A DNA stretch of 64,000 nucleotides from Candidatus Magasanikiibacteriota bacterium (lineage in GTDB: Bacteria > Patescibacteriota > Patescibacteriia > Magasanikbacterales > UBA922): contig JBPOIO010000023.1 in the NCBI GenBank assembly GCA_052034405.1, positions 15,340-79,339 of the forward strand. Direction: 5' to 3'. The notes below the pieces were generated by a model. That model worked only from the letters and a program-made list of their open reading frames with translations. It was not told the origin of the DNA and did no database searches. A program made the position numbers and the translations under genes. Positions 26,927-36,197 of the stretch are shown here, piece after piece. Position 1 is the first letter of the stretch, and each line of letters starts with the position of its first letter.

Positions 26927-28987
26927 TTATTTGGATGAATTATTTTTGTCACCTTGTTTGAAACCAAGAAACAAAAAGTGAGCACGATTTTCAAACCAAG
27001 GAGCAATAAATCGAAGCATAACACGAGTCACTGTAATCGCAGTAAACAAACTCACCAAGATACCAAGAGACAATGTTACCGCAAAACCTTTGACAAAACT
27101 TGAACCAAACCACATAAGAAGGACACAGGTAATAAGTGTTGACATGTTTCCATCGCGAATAGAAGACCAAGCACGAATAAATCCTTCTTCAATACCTGTT
27201 TTCAATGATTTACCAAGACGAAGTTCTTCTTTCAAGCGTTCGAAGATCAAAATATTTGCATCAATCGCAATACCAATAGACAGGATAAAACCAGTAATAC
27301 CTGAAAGTGATAGTGTTACTCCAATAAATTTGAATACCGCAAGTGTGAGTACAATGTACAGACCAAGTGAGAATACAGAAAGAAGTCCTGGTAAACGGTA
27401 ATAAAGAACCATGAAGATAAAGATGAGCAGTACTGCGATTTCAGCCGCTCTCAAACTCTTATACAGAGAATCAGCACCAAGACTCGCACCAATACTTTGC
27501 TGAGAAAGAAGTGTTACTGGTACAGGAAGAGCTCCAGCATTGAGACGTTGTGAAAGAAGTTTTGCTTCTGTTACATTGAATCCTCCAGTAATAACAGCTT
27601 GACCACCAGTAATTGCTTGATTCACATTTGGTGAACTAATTACTTCTCCATCAAGGAAAATACCCACAGGTTTTCCAACATTTTTTCGAGTGATTTCTTC
27701 AAAGAGTTTGGCACCTTCTTCATTAAATTGAAGAGATACTTGAATTTCTGAAGTTTGAGGATTTGTTGTAACTTCTGCTTTTTTCAATTGTTTTCCAGAT
27801 AATGCTGTTGTTTTCCAAGCATCAGTTGGTGGAAGTACTTCTTCTTTTGTTTTTTTGTCCAAGAAAATTTTCCAAATTTCGTAATCTTTGGTTACATTTT
27901 CTGCTGTTTTATAAATAATATGATAACCAAATTGTGTTTCTACTGGTCCAACAATTTCTCCAGCCTTGGCAGCAAATAATACATTTTCAAATTCTGAAAT
28001 CATGACTCCTTTTGGGAATGTTCCAAGTTCACCACCTTTTACAGCAGTTGAACGATCTGTTGAGTATTGTTTTGCAAGATCAGAAAAGTTTTTTGCATTT
28101 GCTTGTGCATACACATCTTGTGCAATTTTGAGCGCATCTGCTTTTGTAGATGTTGCAGTACAACCAGGAGCTCCACTAAAACAAATCAAAATATGTTTTG
28201 ATGTTACTTCTACTTCACCAGATTGTTCTTTTCCACGTTTCAAAATATAGTATCCATCTGCTTCGTCAAGAACTTTATCTGTAAGTTGACCTTCTTTGGC
28301 TTTTTCTGCCCAAGGATATGCAATTTGATTATTTTGTGCATATTTTTTTACAAACCCCATATATCCTCCATTGTTTTTTGTTGCTTCATCTTCTGAATAT
28401 TGTTTGGCAACATTTTCAAATGGAGTTTTTTTCTTGAGATCAATAAGTGCAGTATCTGCTTTTGTTTTTTGAGCCGCATTAAAATCTGCAATCATTTTTT
28501 TCTCATCTGCAGTCAAATCACGTGGGACTTCTTTATTTTCTTCTTTAAATTCCAAAATTGGAGTTTCACCAATCAATTTTGTTGCTTCGCTAACATCGGT
28601 TACTCCAGGAAGTTCTACATTAATATGATATTCATTTCCTACTTTACTTGTTTCAATGTTTGGTTCCCCTACTCCAAAACCATTGATACGACGTTCAATA
28701 ACATCGCGGGCACCTTCAACCGCTCCACTACGTTCTGTTTGTGCAAGATTTTCTACATTTGCGTTATAAACAAGATGTACACCACTTTGAAGATCAAGCC
28801 CAAGACGAAATTTTTTCTCTGGAACATGTGGAATACTCATGTGAATTTTTGAGTTGACCTTGTCAACACCACGATTTACTTGTTCTGGAACAACAAAAGA
28901 GAGACTGGCAAGAAAGAGAACGATAACTCCAGCAATTCCCCAACGGATTTGTGAACGAAGGTTAACTTGTGTTTTTTGTGCTTTCAT
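26927..28987 (-). CDS. secD: Protein translocase subunit SecD with parvulin-type PPIase-like insert in periplasmic domain
   Basis: SecD TM core at C-terminus. Periplasmic region has PpiC-like segment (SKHILICF...AKQYSTDRSTAVKGGELGTFPKGVMISEFENVLFAAKAGEIVGPVETQFGYHIIYKT) and a second degenerate copy upstream. Confidence 0.85.
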   Translation of the reverse strand: MKAQKTQVNLRSQIRWGIAGVIVLFLASLSFVVPEQVNRGVDKVNSKIHMSIPHVPEKKFRLGLDLQSGVHLVYNANVENLAQTERSGAVEGARDVIERRINGFGVGEPNIETSKVGNEYHINVELPGVTDVSEATKLIGETPILEFKEENKEVPRDLTADEKKMIADFNAAQKTKADTALIDLKKKTPFENVAKQYSEDEATKNNGGYMGFVKKYAQNNQIAYPWAEKAKEGQLTDKVLDEADGYYILKRGKEQSGEVEVTSKHILICFSGAPGCTATSTKADALKIAQDVYAQANAKNFSDLAKQYSTDRSTAVKGGELGTFPKGVMISEFENVLFAAKAGEIVGPVETQFGYHIIYKTAENVTKDYEIWKIFLDKKTKEEVLPPTDAWKTTALSGKQLKKAEVTTNPQTSEIQVSLQFNEEGAKLFEEITRKNVGKPVGIFLDGEVISSPNVNQAITGGQAVITGGFNVTEAKLLSQRLNAGALPVPVTLLSQQSIGASLGADSLYKSLRAAEIAVLLIFIFMVLYYRLPGLLSVFSLGLYIVLTLAVFKFIGVTLSLSGITGFILSIGIAIDANILIFERLKEELRLGKSLKTGIEEGFIRAWSSIRDGNMSTLITCVLLMWFGSSFVKGFAVTLSLGILVSLFTAITVTRVMLRFIAPWFENRAHFLFLGFKQGDKNNSSK

Positions 28988-29067
28988 AAATAAAAAAAAT
29001 ACAACAGATGTGTGCTATCTTACGTTATTTCAAAAAAAAGGTCAATACGTCTATACACAGGCTTCAA

Positions 29068-31908
29068 CTAGCCCCCACGCTCCATGCGTTGGCGCTTTCT
29101 TCGGTCTTTTTTACTCTCATGCTTTTTTCCATCATTTTGAACTGTGCGTACTGCTTTTTGGGATACCTCACTACTTCCCTCTTGGACCAAGTTGTCGTTG
29201 GCCATAATTGTTGGCACGAGTTCAATTCCATGCTGTACCTTATAAAATGCATAGACCACCTCTTTTTGGATATTGAGAAGAAGTGCTTGAAACATTTGAT
29301 AGGCCTCGCGTTTGTATTCAATAAGTGGATCACGCTGTCCATATCCACGAAGACCAATACCGGTGCGCAAATAATCGATATTGATAAGATGTTCTACCCA
29401 AAGCGTATCAATACTACGAAGAAGCAATGACTTTTCAATCGAATGCATTATTTTGTTTGCTTCTTCGGGATTCACTTGTAATTTTTGAATTGAGTTTTCA
29501 ATTTTTGTATATTCTTCTTTTGCTCGACCAAAAAGATACTGGATTATTTCTTCTTTTGCTTCGATTTCTTCGAGTTTTCCAGATTGCTGATGCGCTCCCA
29601 TTTCAAAAACTTTTGCCTTATCAGCTTCTGTAAATGAATATATTGTTGCCATTACCTGACAAATTTCTTGAAGATTCCAATCTCCATGTTCACGACTTTC
29701 TTCATTCTCAACTTCTACTTCCAATTTTTGAGTATGAAATTGTACAACTTGTTCGATTTCATTTTCTACAGAATTCAAAATCATGTCTTTAAGTGAGACA
29801 AATTTTACTTCTTCAACTTTTTCCAATTCTTCATCAACTTCTTCTTCGTCACTCACAAGAGGACTTGGTTTTTCTGTTATACCAATTTCCATGTCGTAGA
29901 GTTCCAAAATATTTTTTCGTTTTTTATATATAACAGAGCGATGACGATTGAGCACATCATCATATTCAAGCAAATGTTTACGAATATCAAAGTTATGACC
30001 TTCTACTTTTTTTTGTGCATTCTCAAGAATTCTTGAAATCATGTTTTGTTCAATCGGCATGTCGTCTGGCACCTTCATGCGTGTCATCACATTTTTGAGA
30101 CGATCCCCAGCAAAAATACGCATCAAGTCATCGTCTGTTGAAACAAAAAATTGTGTTTCTCCAGGATCTCCCTGACGACCAGAACGTCCACGAAGCTGAT
30201 TGTCGATACGACGCGCTTCATGACGCTCGGTTCCAAGGACAAAAAGTCCACCAGCAGATTTTACAATTTCAATATCCTCTGCACTCGCTGGCGTTCCACC
30301 AAGTTTGATATCCACACCACGTCCAGCCATATTGGTAGCGAGGGTCACTGCTCCAGGTCGTCCGGCTTGGGCAATAATTTCTCCTTCACGTTCATGATTT
30401 TTTGCATTCAAAATTTCGTGAGTGATACCAAGACTATTCAAATAGTTACTCAAACGTTCATTTTTTTCTACAGAAATAGTACCCACCAAAATTGGCTGTT
30501 GTTTTTCTCTACATTCTTGAATTTTTTTTGCAACGGCTTTGAATTTTACGACTTCATCTTTATAGATTCGATCTGGCAAATCCACGCGTGCAGCAACTTT
30601 ATTGGTTGGGATAACCAACACATCGAGGTTATAAATACGACGAAATTCTTCTTCTTCTGTTTGCGCAGTACCTGTCATACCAGACAACTTTTTGTACATG
30701 CGGAACAAATTTTGAAATGTAATCGTCGCAAGTGTTTGACTCTCACGTTGAATTTTTACATTTTCTTTTGCTTCAATTGCTTGGTGAAGTCCTTCACTAT
30801 AACGGCGACCTTCCATTTTTCGTCCAGTAAACTCATCAATAATCATGACTTCATCTCCATCAACCACATAATCTTTGTCACGTTTGAAAAGCACTTCGGC
30901 TTTGAGCGCTTGTTCAATATGATGAATTGTTCGAATACCAGCTTCTACATAAATATTTTCAATACCGAGCCATTTTTCAAATTTTTCAATACCTTGCTCA
31001 GTCAAATTCACACTGCGCATTTTTTCATCTTTGTTATAATCGGTATTTTCCGAAAGTCCACGAACGAGTTTTGCAAATTGATAATATTGATCATTGGCAT
31101 CTTCATTTGGTGCAGAAATAATAAGCGGTGTACGAGCTTCGTCTACCAAAATAGAATCAATTTCATCGACAATCGCATAATGCATTTCATTGCCTGGTCG
31201 CATAACCATTTCTGAAATATCCTGGACCATGTTATCACGCAAATAATCAAAACCATATTCGTTATTGGTTCCGTAGGTAATATCACAAAGATATGCTTCT
31301 TGACGACTCGAAGCTCGCAAATATTCATTTTCTACTTTGAATACTTGTACTTCATTTTCTTCACTCGAAATAGTTTCTGCGCTTGGAGCGATAACACTTG
31401 GGTCAAAAACATAACTCACACGCATGTTTTGGATAATACCCGTAGACATGCCAAGAAAATGATAAATTTTCCCCATCCATACAGCATCACGACGTGCGAG
31501 ATAATCATTGACTGTTACTACGTGTACACCTTTGCCTTCAAGTGCATTGAGATAGGCCGGAAGTGTTGCTACCAATGTTTTTCCTTCACCAGTTCGCATT
31601 TCAGAAATCATACCATTATGAAGTGCCATACCACCAATCAGCTGCACATCAAAATGACGCATACCCGAAACGCGTTTTGCTGCTTCACGCACAGTGGCAA
31701 AAGCCTCGGGAAGAATATCATTCAAAACTTCTCCCTCTGAGAGACGTTTTTTGAATTCAGCTGTTTTGGCTTTGAGTGCATCATCTGAAAGCGCAGAAAA
31801 ATCAGCTTCTAGAGCATTGATTTGTTCAACAACTTTTTGATATTGCTTAATAATCTTGGAATTTTGACTCCCAAACACTCCTTCGTAGACAGATTTTAAA
31901 AGACTCAT
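29068..31908 (-). CDS. secA: Preprotein translocase ATPase SecA
   Basis: MRHFDVQLIGGMALHNGMISEMRTGEGKTLVATLPAYLNAL. DEAD-like motor. 946 aa. Confidence 0.9.
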   Translation of the reverse strand: MSLLKSVYEGVFGSQNSKIIKQYQKVVEQINALEADFSALSDDALKAKTAEFKKRLSEGEVLNDILPEAFATVREAAKRVSGMRHFDVQLIGGMALHNGMISEMRTGEGKTLVATLPAYLNALEGKGVHVVTVNDYLARRDAVWMGKIYHFLGMSTGIIQNMRVSYVFDPSVIAPSAETISSEENEVQVFKVENEYLRASSRQEAYLCDITYGTNNEYGFDYLRDNMVQDISEMVMRPGNEMHYAIVDEIDSILVDEARTPLIISAPNEDANDQYYQFAKLVRGLSENTDYNKDEKMRSVNLTEQGIEKFEKWLGIENIYVEAGIRTIHHIEQALKAEVLFKRDKDYVVDGDEVMIIDEFTGRKMEGRRYSEGLHQAIEAKENVKIQRESQTLATITFQNLFRMYKKLSGMTGTAQTEEEEFRRIYNLDVLVIPTNKVAARVDLPDRIYKDEVVKFKAVAKKIQECREKQQPILVGTISVEKNERLSNYLNSLGITHEILNAKNHEREGEIIAQAGRPGAVTLATNMAGRGVDIKLGGTPASAEDIEIVKSAGGLFVLGTERHEARRIDNQLRGRSGRQGDPGETQFFVSTDDDLMRIFAGDRLKNVMTRMKVPDDMPIEQNMISRILENAQKKVEGHNFDIRKHLLEYDDVLNRHRSVIYKKRKNILELYDMEIGITEKPSPLVSDEEEVDEELEKVEEVKFVSLKDMILNSVENEIEQVVQFHTQKLEVEVENEESREHGDWNLQEICQVMATIYSFTEADKAKVFEMGAHQQSGKLEEIEAKEEIIQYLFGRAKEEYTKIENSIQKLQVNPEEANKIMHSIEKSLLLRSIDTLWVEHLINIDYLRTGIGLRGYGQRDPLIEYKREAYQMFQALLLNIQKEVVYAFYKVQHGIELVPTIMANDNLVQEGSSEVSQKAVRTVQNDGKKHESKKDRRKRQRMERGG

Positions 31909-31925
31909 AAAAAACAGGGTTTAAA

Positions 31926-31954
31926 TAGTTGCCGTATTATAGCATGGTAGAGCT
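31926..31954 (-). promoter_or_regulatory. Sigma70-like promoter for secA, TGGACA-17-TATAAT on minus strand
   Basis: Reverse complement of 31949-31954 is TGGACA. Reverse complement of 31926-31931 is TATAAT. Spacer 17 nt. About 18 nt upstream of secA ATG. Confidence 0.45.
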
Positions 31955-31955
31955 C

Positions 31956-31988
31956 TTTTGTCCATATAAAAAAAGTGGCTAAAATAAG
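31956..31988 (-). terminator. Intrinsic terminator downstream of hpf
   Basis: AAGTGGCT (31963-31970) pairs with AGCCACTT (31977-31984). U-runs on both strands. Confidence 0.55.
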
Positions 31989-32013
31989 CCACTTTTTGTG
32001 AATTTCCCAAGGT

Positions 32014-32400
32014 TTAGCCCCCTTCGTATTCTTCACTATAGTCGTCGTTATCTTCGTCTACATCATACTCTTTTTGACCCCGAATTTCATCTTTATCAAT
32101 ACGACGCATTCTTTCTTTGACATCTTCAAGTTCTACTTTGAGATGATCTTTTACTTTATCAATTGCTTTATAAAGGTCTTGTTCTTCTTTGACCACACGA
32201 AGAGTGCGACCAGGAATATCAAGAGTCACTTCTGCATAAAAAATTTCACCTTTGTTGTGATGATGACTTTGCATCCCCACATCTATTTCTGCTTTTGTTA
32301 TATTATCAAAAAATTTTTCAAGACTTGTGATTTTTTCTTCAGCATATTCTCGAATTGCTGGAGTGAGTTCTATTCCTGTTCCGTGGATTGTGATAATCAT
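32014..32400 (-). CDS. hpf: Ribosome hibernation promoting factor (HPF/RaiA family) with acidic tail
   Basis: MIITIHGTGIELTPAIREYAEEKITSLEKFF matches the HPF N-terminal beta-alpha-beta-beta-beta-alpha fold. Confidence 0.8.
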   Translation of the reverse strand: MIITIHGTGIELTPAIREYAEEKITSLEKFFDNITKAEIDVGMQSHHHNKGEIFYAEVTLDIPGRTLRVVKEEQDLYKAIDKVKDHLKVELEDVKERMRRIDKDEIRGQKEYDVDEDNDDYSEEYEGG

Positions 32401-32417
32401 ACATTGTACGGTTAAAA

Positions 32418-33353
32418 CTAAATCAATTGAATTTCTTCTTCTATAGATATTCCAAATTTATTGTACACTTTTTCTTTTATTTCATCAATGAGAGTCAAAA
32501 CATCACTCGAACTTGCACTCCCAAGATTTATAATAAAATTTCCATGCGTATCGCTTACTTTTGCATTTCCTACCTGAGCCCCTTTCATACCCGCTTTATC
32601 AATAAGCCATCCTGCAGAAATAATTCCTTTTTGTTTGAATTCTTCAGGTACTTCAAAATTGAGTTTTGCTTGTCCAATTTCAAAATTTTTAAAAATACAA
32701 CCGGTAGATGCAAATCCCTGTGGTTGAGTCTTGCTGCGATATTGCAAAAACTCCAATGCTTTTTTCATGCCGTCTTTGTTTTCGGATTTTTCAAGTTTTA
32801 AATGCACTCGTAGTACCACAGCACCACTGTCTTTGAACATACTATGACGATAGTGAAAATCACACTGCGCATTGCTCAGCATTACCAGCTCACCATCCAT
32901 ATAGGCTTCGATCTTTTCTACATTATTACTCATGTCACTTCCCATAGCTCCTGCGTTTCCTCGAACCGCGCCACCAATAGTACCAGGCACTCCCACGCCC
33001 CATTCAAATCCAATAAAACCTTCTTTCATGGAGAGATTGGCAATGGCAACGGTACTGCATCCAGCATCTGCAATGATCCCAGTATCTGTCACTTCTGTTT
33101 TTTTTGTGTTGATATTGATCACAACACCTGTATATTCACTATCAGAAGCAAGCATATTACTACCACCACCGAGGATAAATCGTTCAATCCCCTCTTCGTC
33201 AAGAAATTTGAGGAGATCTACCAGCTTGTCAGTTTCGTCAACAACAACAAAAAGTTGGACTGGTCCACCAATTTTGAAGGTTGTATGCTTACTCATGGGC
33301 TCATTGAGCTTCACTTTTCCGTAGTTTTTGAGCTTTTTATAAAGTTCCATCAT
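32418..33353 (-). CDS. murB: UDP-N-acetylenolpyruvoylglucosamine reductase
   Basis: FAD-binding domain (TTFKIGGPVQLFVVV, ILGGGSNML) and C-terminal MurB domain. Confidence 0.85.
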   Translation of the reverse strand: MMELYKKLKNYGKVKLNEPMSKHTTFKIGGPVQLFVVVDETDKLVDLLKFLDEEGIERFILGGGSNMLASDSEYTGVVININTKKTEVTDTGIIADAGCSTVAIANLSMKEGFIGFEWGVGVPGTIGGAVRGNAGAMGSDMSNNVEKIEAYMDGELVMLSNAQCDFHYRHSMFKDSGAVVLRVHLKLEKSENKDGMKKALEFLQYRSKTQPQGFASTGCIFKNFEIGQAKLNFEVPEEFKQKGIISAGWLIDKAGMKGAQVGNAKVSDTHGNFIINLGSASSSDVLTLIDEIKEKVYNKFGISIEEEIQLI

Positions 33354-33354
33354 A

Positions 33355-33383
33355 TTGCCATAATCAAATTTTTGTCCTATACT
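33355..33383 (+). promoter_or_regulatory. Candidate promoter TTGCCA-17-TATACT for ATP-grasp gene
   Basis: TTGCCA 33355-33360, 17-nt spacer, TATACT 33378-33383. Predicted TSS ~33390, i.e. about 94-nt leader. Confidence 0.45.
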
Positions 33384-33385
33384 AA

Positions 33386-33483
33386 GGTCTACGCATTTAA
33401 CCTTTTCGCTTTCCTCGCCCTGGGCTCGGGGATGCCCTCTGCGGAGGTCGTAACCCGCTCAAAGGTCAAATGCTTACGCCCTT
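33386..33483 (+). promoter_or_regulatory. GC-rich structured 5' leader (candidate riboswitch or cis-regulatory RNA) of ATP-grasp gene
   Basis: About 65% GC in an AT-rich genome. Long-range helix GCATTTAACC (33393-33402) with GGTCAAATGC (33464-33473), 9/10 bp. Several internal GC hairpins (GGGC...GCCC, GCGG...CCGC). Lies between promoter and ATG at 33484. Confidence 0.35.
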
Positions 33484-34689
33484 ATGCATATGCCAAAAAT
33501 ACTTTTTTACATTACTCGAGATATCGAAAGAGCACTTGGCCTTTCTGTAGATAATGAAGGCTATTTTATTATCTCAAATTCTACCCCCTTTAGCAAGCAA
33601 ATCGCTCTTTTACATCCAAATGTTTTACTTGTTGAAGAAAGCCAACTTCTTGATACCCATGAACTTTTGCAAAAGCAGAGTGTTCAAGATTTTATTACGC
33701 AAAATTCAAATAACATGAAGCCAAATATTTTGGTTTTCAAAAATACTTCTATTATTGAAAAAATTTGTACAGAAAACAATTGGAATCTCCTCAATCCAAG
33801 TGCAAAACTCTCTCAAATGATCGAAGAAAAAATTACACAAGTTGAATGGCTCGGGAGTCTCACAAAATATCTTCCTCCACACAAAATTCAAATTGCCCAT
33901 GATGTTGTGTATGACGGCATGCCATTTATTTTGCAGTTCAATCGTGCACACACGGGACTAGGAACGATGATGATTTCTTCGACTGAACAACTTGCCGAAA
34001 TACAAAATAAATTTCCGGATCGTCCTGTTCGCATCACGCAGTTTATTGATGGTGCCATGCTGACGAGTAACAATGTTGTCTGTCCTGATAAAGTTTTGGT
34101 TGGCAATATCAGCTACCAGATTACCGGTACGCCACCATTTACAGATAATCCATTTACAACTATTGGCAATGATTGGGCCCTTCCACATGTTTTGTTGAAT
34201 GATGAGTTGAAAGCGCAATACCATACGATTGCCACAGAGATTGGAAACAAACTTCGTGAAAGCGGATGGAAAGGACTCTTTGGAATTGACGTTATACTCG
34301 ATACAGCAGAAAATAAATTGTATTTGATCGAAATCAATGCAAGGCAACCAGCAAGTACCACTTACGAAAGTATTTTGCAAGAAAAAAATACAACTTTTGC
34401 TGCACACCTCTCAGCGCTCACAGATACTCCAAGTAACGAATTAACTCAAATCACAACAGGTGCGCAGATTATTGTTCGCAATGGTGAACTCATGCAAGAC
34501 AAAACCCAAGATACGATTATCCAAAACTTAAAAAACCTCAATTTTGATCTGAACATCATCCCCTACACCAATACAGACCCAGGTTCAGATTGGATTCGCA
34601 TTCAGACAACCCAGTCTTTATTTACAGAACATAATAAACTCAACGAACTTGGAGAAAAAATAAAAAAAACTCTTGAAGAGTCTCTATAA
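33484..34689 (+). CDS. ATP-grasp fold ligase (possibly a divergent D-Ala-D-Ala ligase or other peptidoglycan amino-acid ligase)
   Basis: C-terminal ATP-grasp signature GLFGIDVILDTAENKLYLIEINARQPAS, analogous to Ddl RVDFF...YLNEINTMPGFT. Adjacent to murB. N-terminal Ddl motif GGxSxEHEVS absent. Confidence 0.7.
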   Translation: MHMPKILFYITRDIERALGLSVDNEGYFIISNSTPFSKQIALLHPNVLLVEESQLLDTHELLQKQSVQDFITQNSNNMKPNILVFKNTSIIEKICTENNWNLLNPSAKLSQMIEEKITQVEWLGSLTKYLPPHKIQIAHDVVYDGMPFILQFNRAHTGLGTMMISSTEQLAEIQNKFPDRPVRITQFIDGAMLTSNNVVCPDKVLVGNISYQITGTPPFTDNPFTTIGNDWALPHVLLNDELKAQYHTIATEIGNKLRESGWKGLFGIDVILDTAENKLYLIEINARQPASTTYESILQEKNTTFAAHLSALTDTPSNELTQITTGAQIIVRNGELMQDKTQDTIIQNLKNLNFDLNIIPYTNTDPGSDWIRIQTTQSLFTEHNKLNELGEKIKKTLEESL

Positions 34690-34702
34690 AATGAAGGGTA
34701 AC

Positions 34703-34828
34703 GGACGGGCTGTGGTAAGTTGAGATGCTCGACCAAATCAACTATTCCATCTTCAGTTGGTATGCGTGTTGGAGTGACAACAAGCTTACCTACTGATAAA
34801 GGAAACCATTCGGCTACCCAGCCCGTCC
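34703..34828 (+). ncRNA. Candidate structured GC-rich RNA element (unknown class)
   Basis: Closing helix GGACGGGCTG-(T)-GGTA (34703-34717) with TACC-CAGCCCGTCC (34815-34828), 14 bp. Internal hairpins CAACT/AGTTG and TGTTG/CAACA. No ORF. GC far above background. Ends just before a TATATAAT box. Confidence 0.3.
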
Positions 34829-34865
34829 GCCCATATATAATCACAACACAGCATAATTGTCAACT

Positions 34866-35660
34866 ATGAACAACAAAACTCTCTCACAACCCGCACTCGA
34901 TATTATCAAAAATTATTCTCAGCTTGTCTTTGGCGACAAAAAAATAAACTGCCCCTACTTCAACAACCGCCGCAGCAAAGTTCGCGCAGGGTTGCGGGTA
35001 ATGATTGGAAAAGGCAACCCAGAAGAAATTATTGACGAAGCAAATCTTTTTGCACTCCGAGAAAAAATTGATCTCAAAAATTTATCAAGCGAGGCAATAA
35101 AACAATTTCTCGTTGATCACAATCTTGGACTTGATTGTTCTGCCTTTGCCTATTATATTTTGGCAGCAGAATACGCAAGCAAGACAAAAAATAAACTTTC
35201 TTCCAAGATATTTTATCCAAATATTGGACTTTTGCGAAAACTTCTCACCAAACTTCGCCCTGTAGAAAATATTGGGGTCAAAACTTTGGCACAGGAAAAA
35301 AACTCACATCTTGTTTCGCTCTCTGACACTGCTCCGGGAGACTTTGTAAGTATTTTAAATTCAGGAAAAGAACACAACCTCAATCATATCCTCGTCATTT
35401 ACAAAGTTGAATACGAAGAAAACCAGCCAAAAACATTGTACTATGTACATTCTTTTCAATGGTCCACAGATGGAAAATATAATCATGGAATAAAAACAGG
35501 GCGCATTGAAATTACTGATACGAAAAAAACACTGCTCGAGCAAAAATGGATTGAATCCGAAAAAACAGCTGAACAAAATGAAACTTACCTCCGAGCAAGT
35601 GATGCCGAAGTACTCGAACTCAAACGACTGAATGTATTATTAACAAAAAATCCTGCTTGA
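34866..35660 (+). CDS. Hypothetical protein (265 aa)
   Basis: ORF track 34857 (TTG) with first ATG at 34866. Followed by a terminator. Confidence 0.5.
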   Translation: MNNKTLSQPALDIIKNYSQLVFGDKKINCPYFNNRRSKVRAGLRVMIGKGNPEEIIDEANLFALREKIDLKNLSSEAIKQFLVDHNLGLDCSAFAYYILAAEYASKTKNKLSSKIFYPNIGLLRKLLTKLRPVENIGVKTLAQEKNSHLVSLSDTAPGDFVSILNSGKEHNLNHILVIYKVEYEENQPKTLYYVHSFQWSTDGKYNHGIKTGRIEITDTKKTLLEQKWIESEKTAEQNETYLRASDAEVLELKRLNVLLTKNPA

Positions 35661-35680
35661 GTGCAGGTTTTTTTATTTTT
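35645..35680 (+). terminator. Intrinsic terminator
   Basis: CCTGC (35652-35656) pairs with GCAGG (35663-35667). Then TTTTTTT (35668-35674). Overlaps the stop codon. Confidence 0.55.
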
Positions 35681-35777
35681 CTTCTAAATACCTCCGAGGA
35701 GATTTTCAAAAGGAAGGTCCGCGCGAAGTGCACGGAAGGATGGCGGCCCAATATCCGCCAGAATAGGGTTGTTTCGC

Positions 35778-36197
35778 CTAGAGCTTGCGCAGCTCGGCGA
35801 GGACGACCCACATATTCGAGACGTAGAGGTAGTAGCGCTGGAACAGATCGCTCGTGGCGGTCGGGATTCGTTCAAAATCCCCAGTCGCCAGATCTGCGGG
35901 CTCATTGCTGTAGCCCATTTCACGGAGGCAGCGCATCACCTCGGCAATGACCGACTGAATCCGCTGGTACTTCACGCCCATCGGATCAGCGTTCTTCACC
36001 CAGTTGAGCAGCAGCCCACGGATGGCCGAGAGGTGTTCCGCCTCCGAGTCATCACGATCCGCGCCAAAAACCTCTCGCAGTCGAAGTCCGTACATGACGG
36101 AAAAACTCCTGGCCCCGTCTGGGACAGGGCGAACTTGGTGTGGCTTTTGGCCACCATGGCCGCCAGCCTTTGTCGTTCCAGGACAATGGGGCACCAA
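35778..36197 (-). CDS. Hypothetical protein on a high-GC island (probable horizontally acquired gene)
   Basis: Region 35700-36230 is ~60% GC. Minus-frame codon third positions are strongly GC-biased (over 70%), whereas the antisense plus ORF 35769..36326 is not. Possible internal start at MYGLRL... Confidence 0.45.
   Translation of the reverse strand: MVPHCPGTTKAGGHGGQKPHQVRPVPDGARSFSVMYGLRLREVFGADRDDSEAEHLSAIRGLLLNWVKNADPMGVKYQRIQSVIAEVMRCLREMGYSNEPADLATGDFERIPTATSDLFQRYYLYVSNMWVVLAELRKL

Noticed and set aside
33379-33480. Possible tRNA gene in the murB/ATP-grasp intergenic region
   Set aside because: Checked both strands. No GTTC-type T-loop, no D-arm consensus, no cloverleaf with a 7-bp acceptor stem. 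More consistent with a structured leader.
34700-34830. SRP RNA, tmRNA, 6S or RNase P identity for the second GC-rich element
   Set aside because: No GGAA/GNRA domain-IV motif with AGCAGC-type loops, no tRNA-like ends or tag ORF, and too short for RNase P. Left as an unknown-class candidate.
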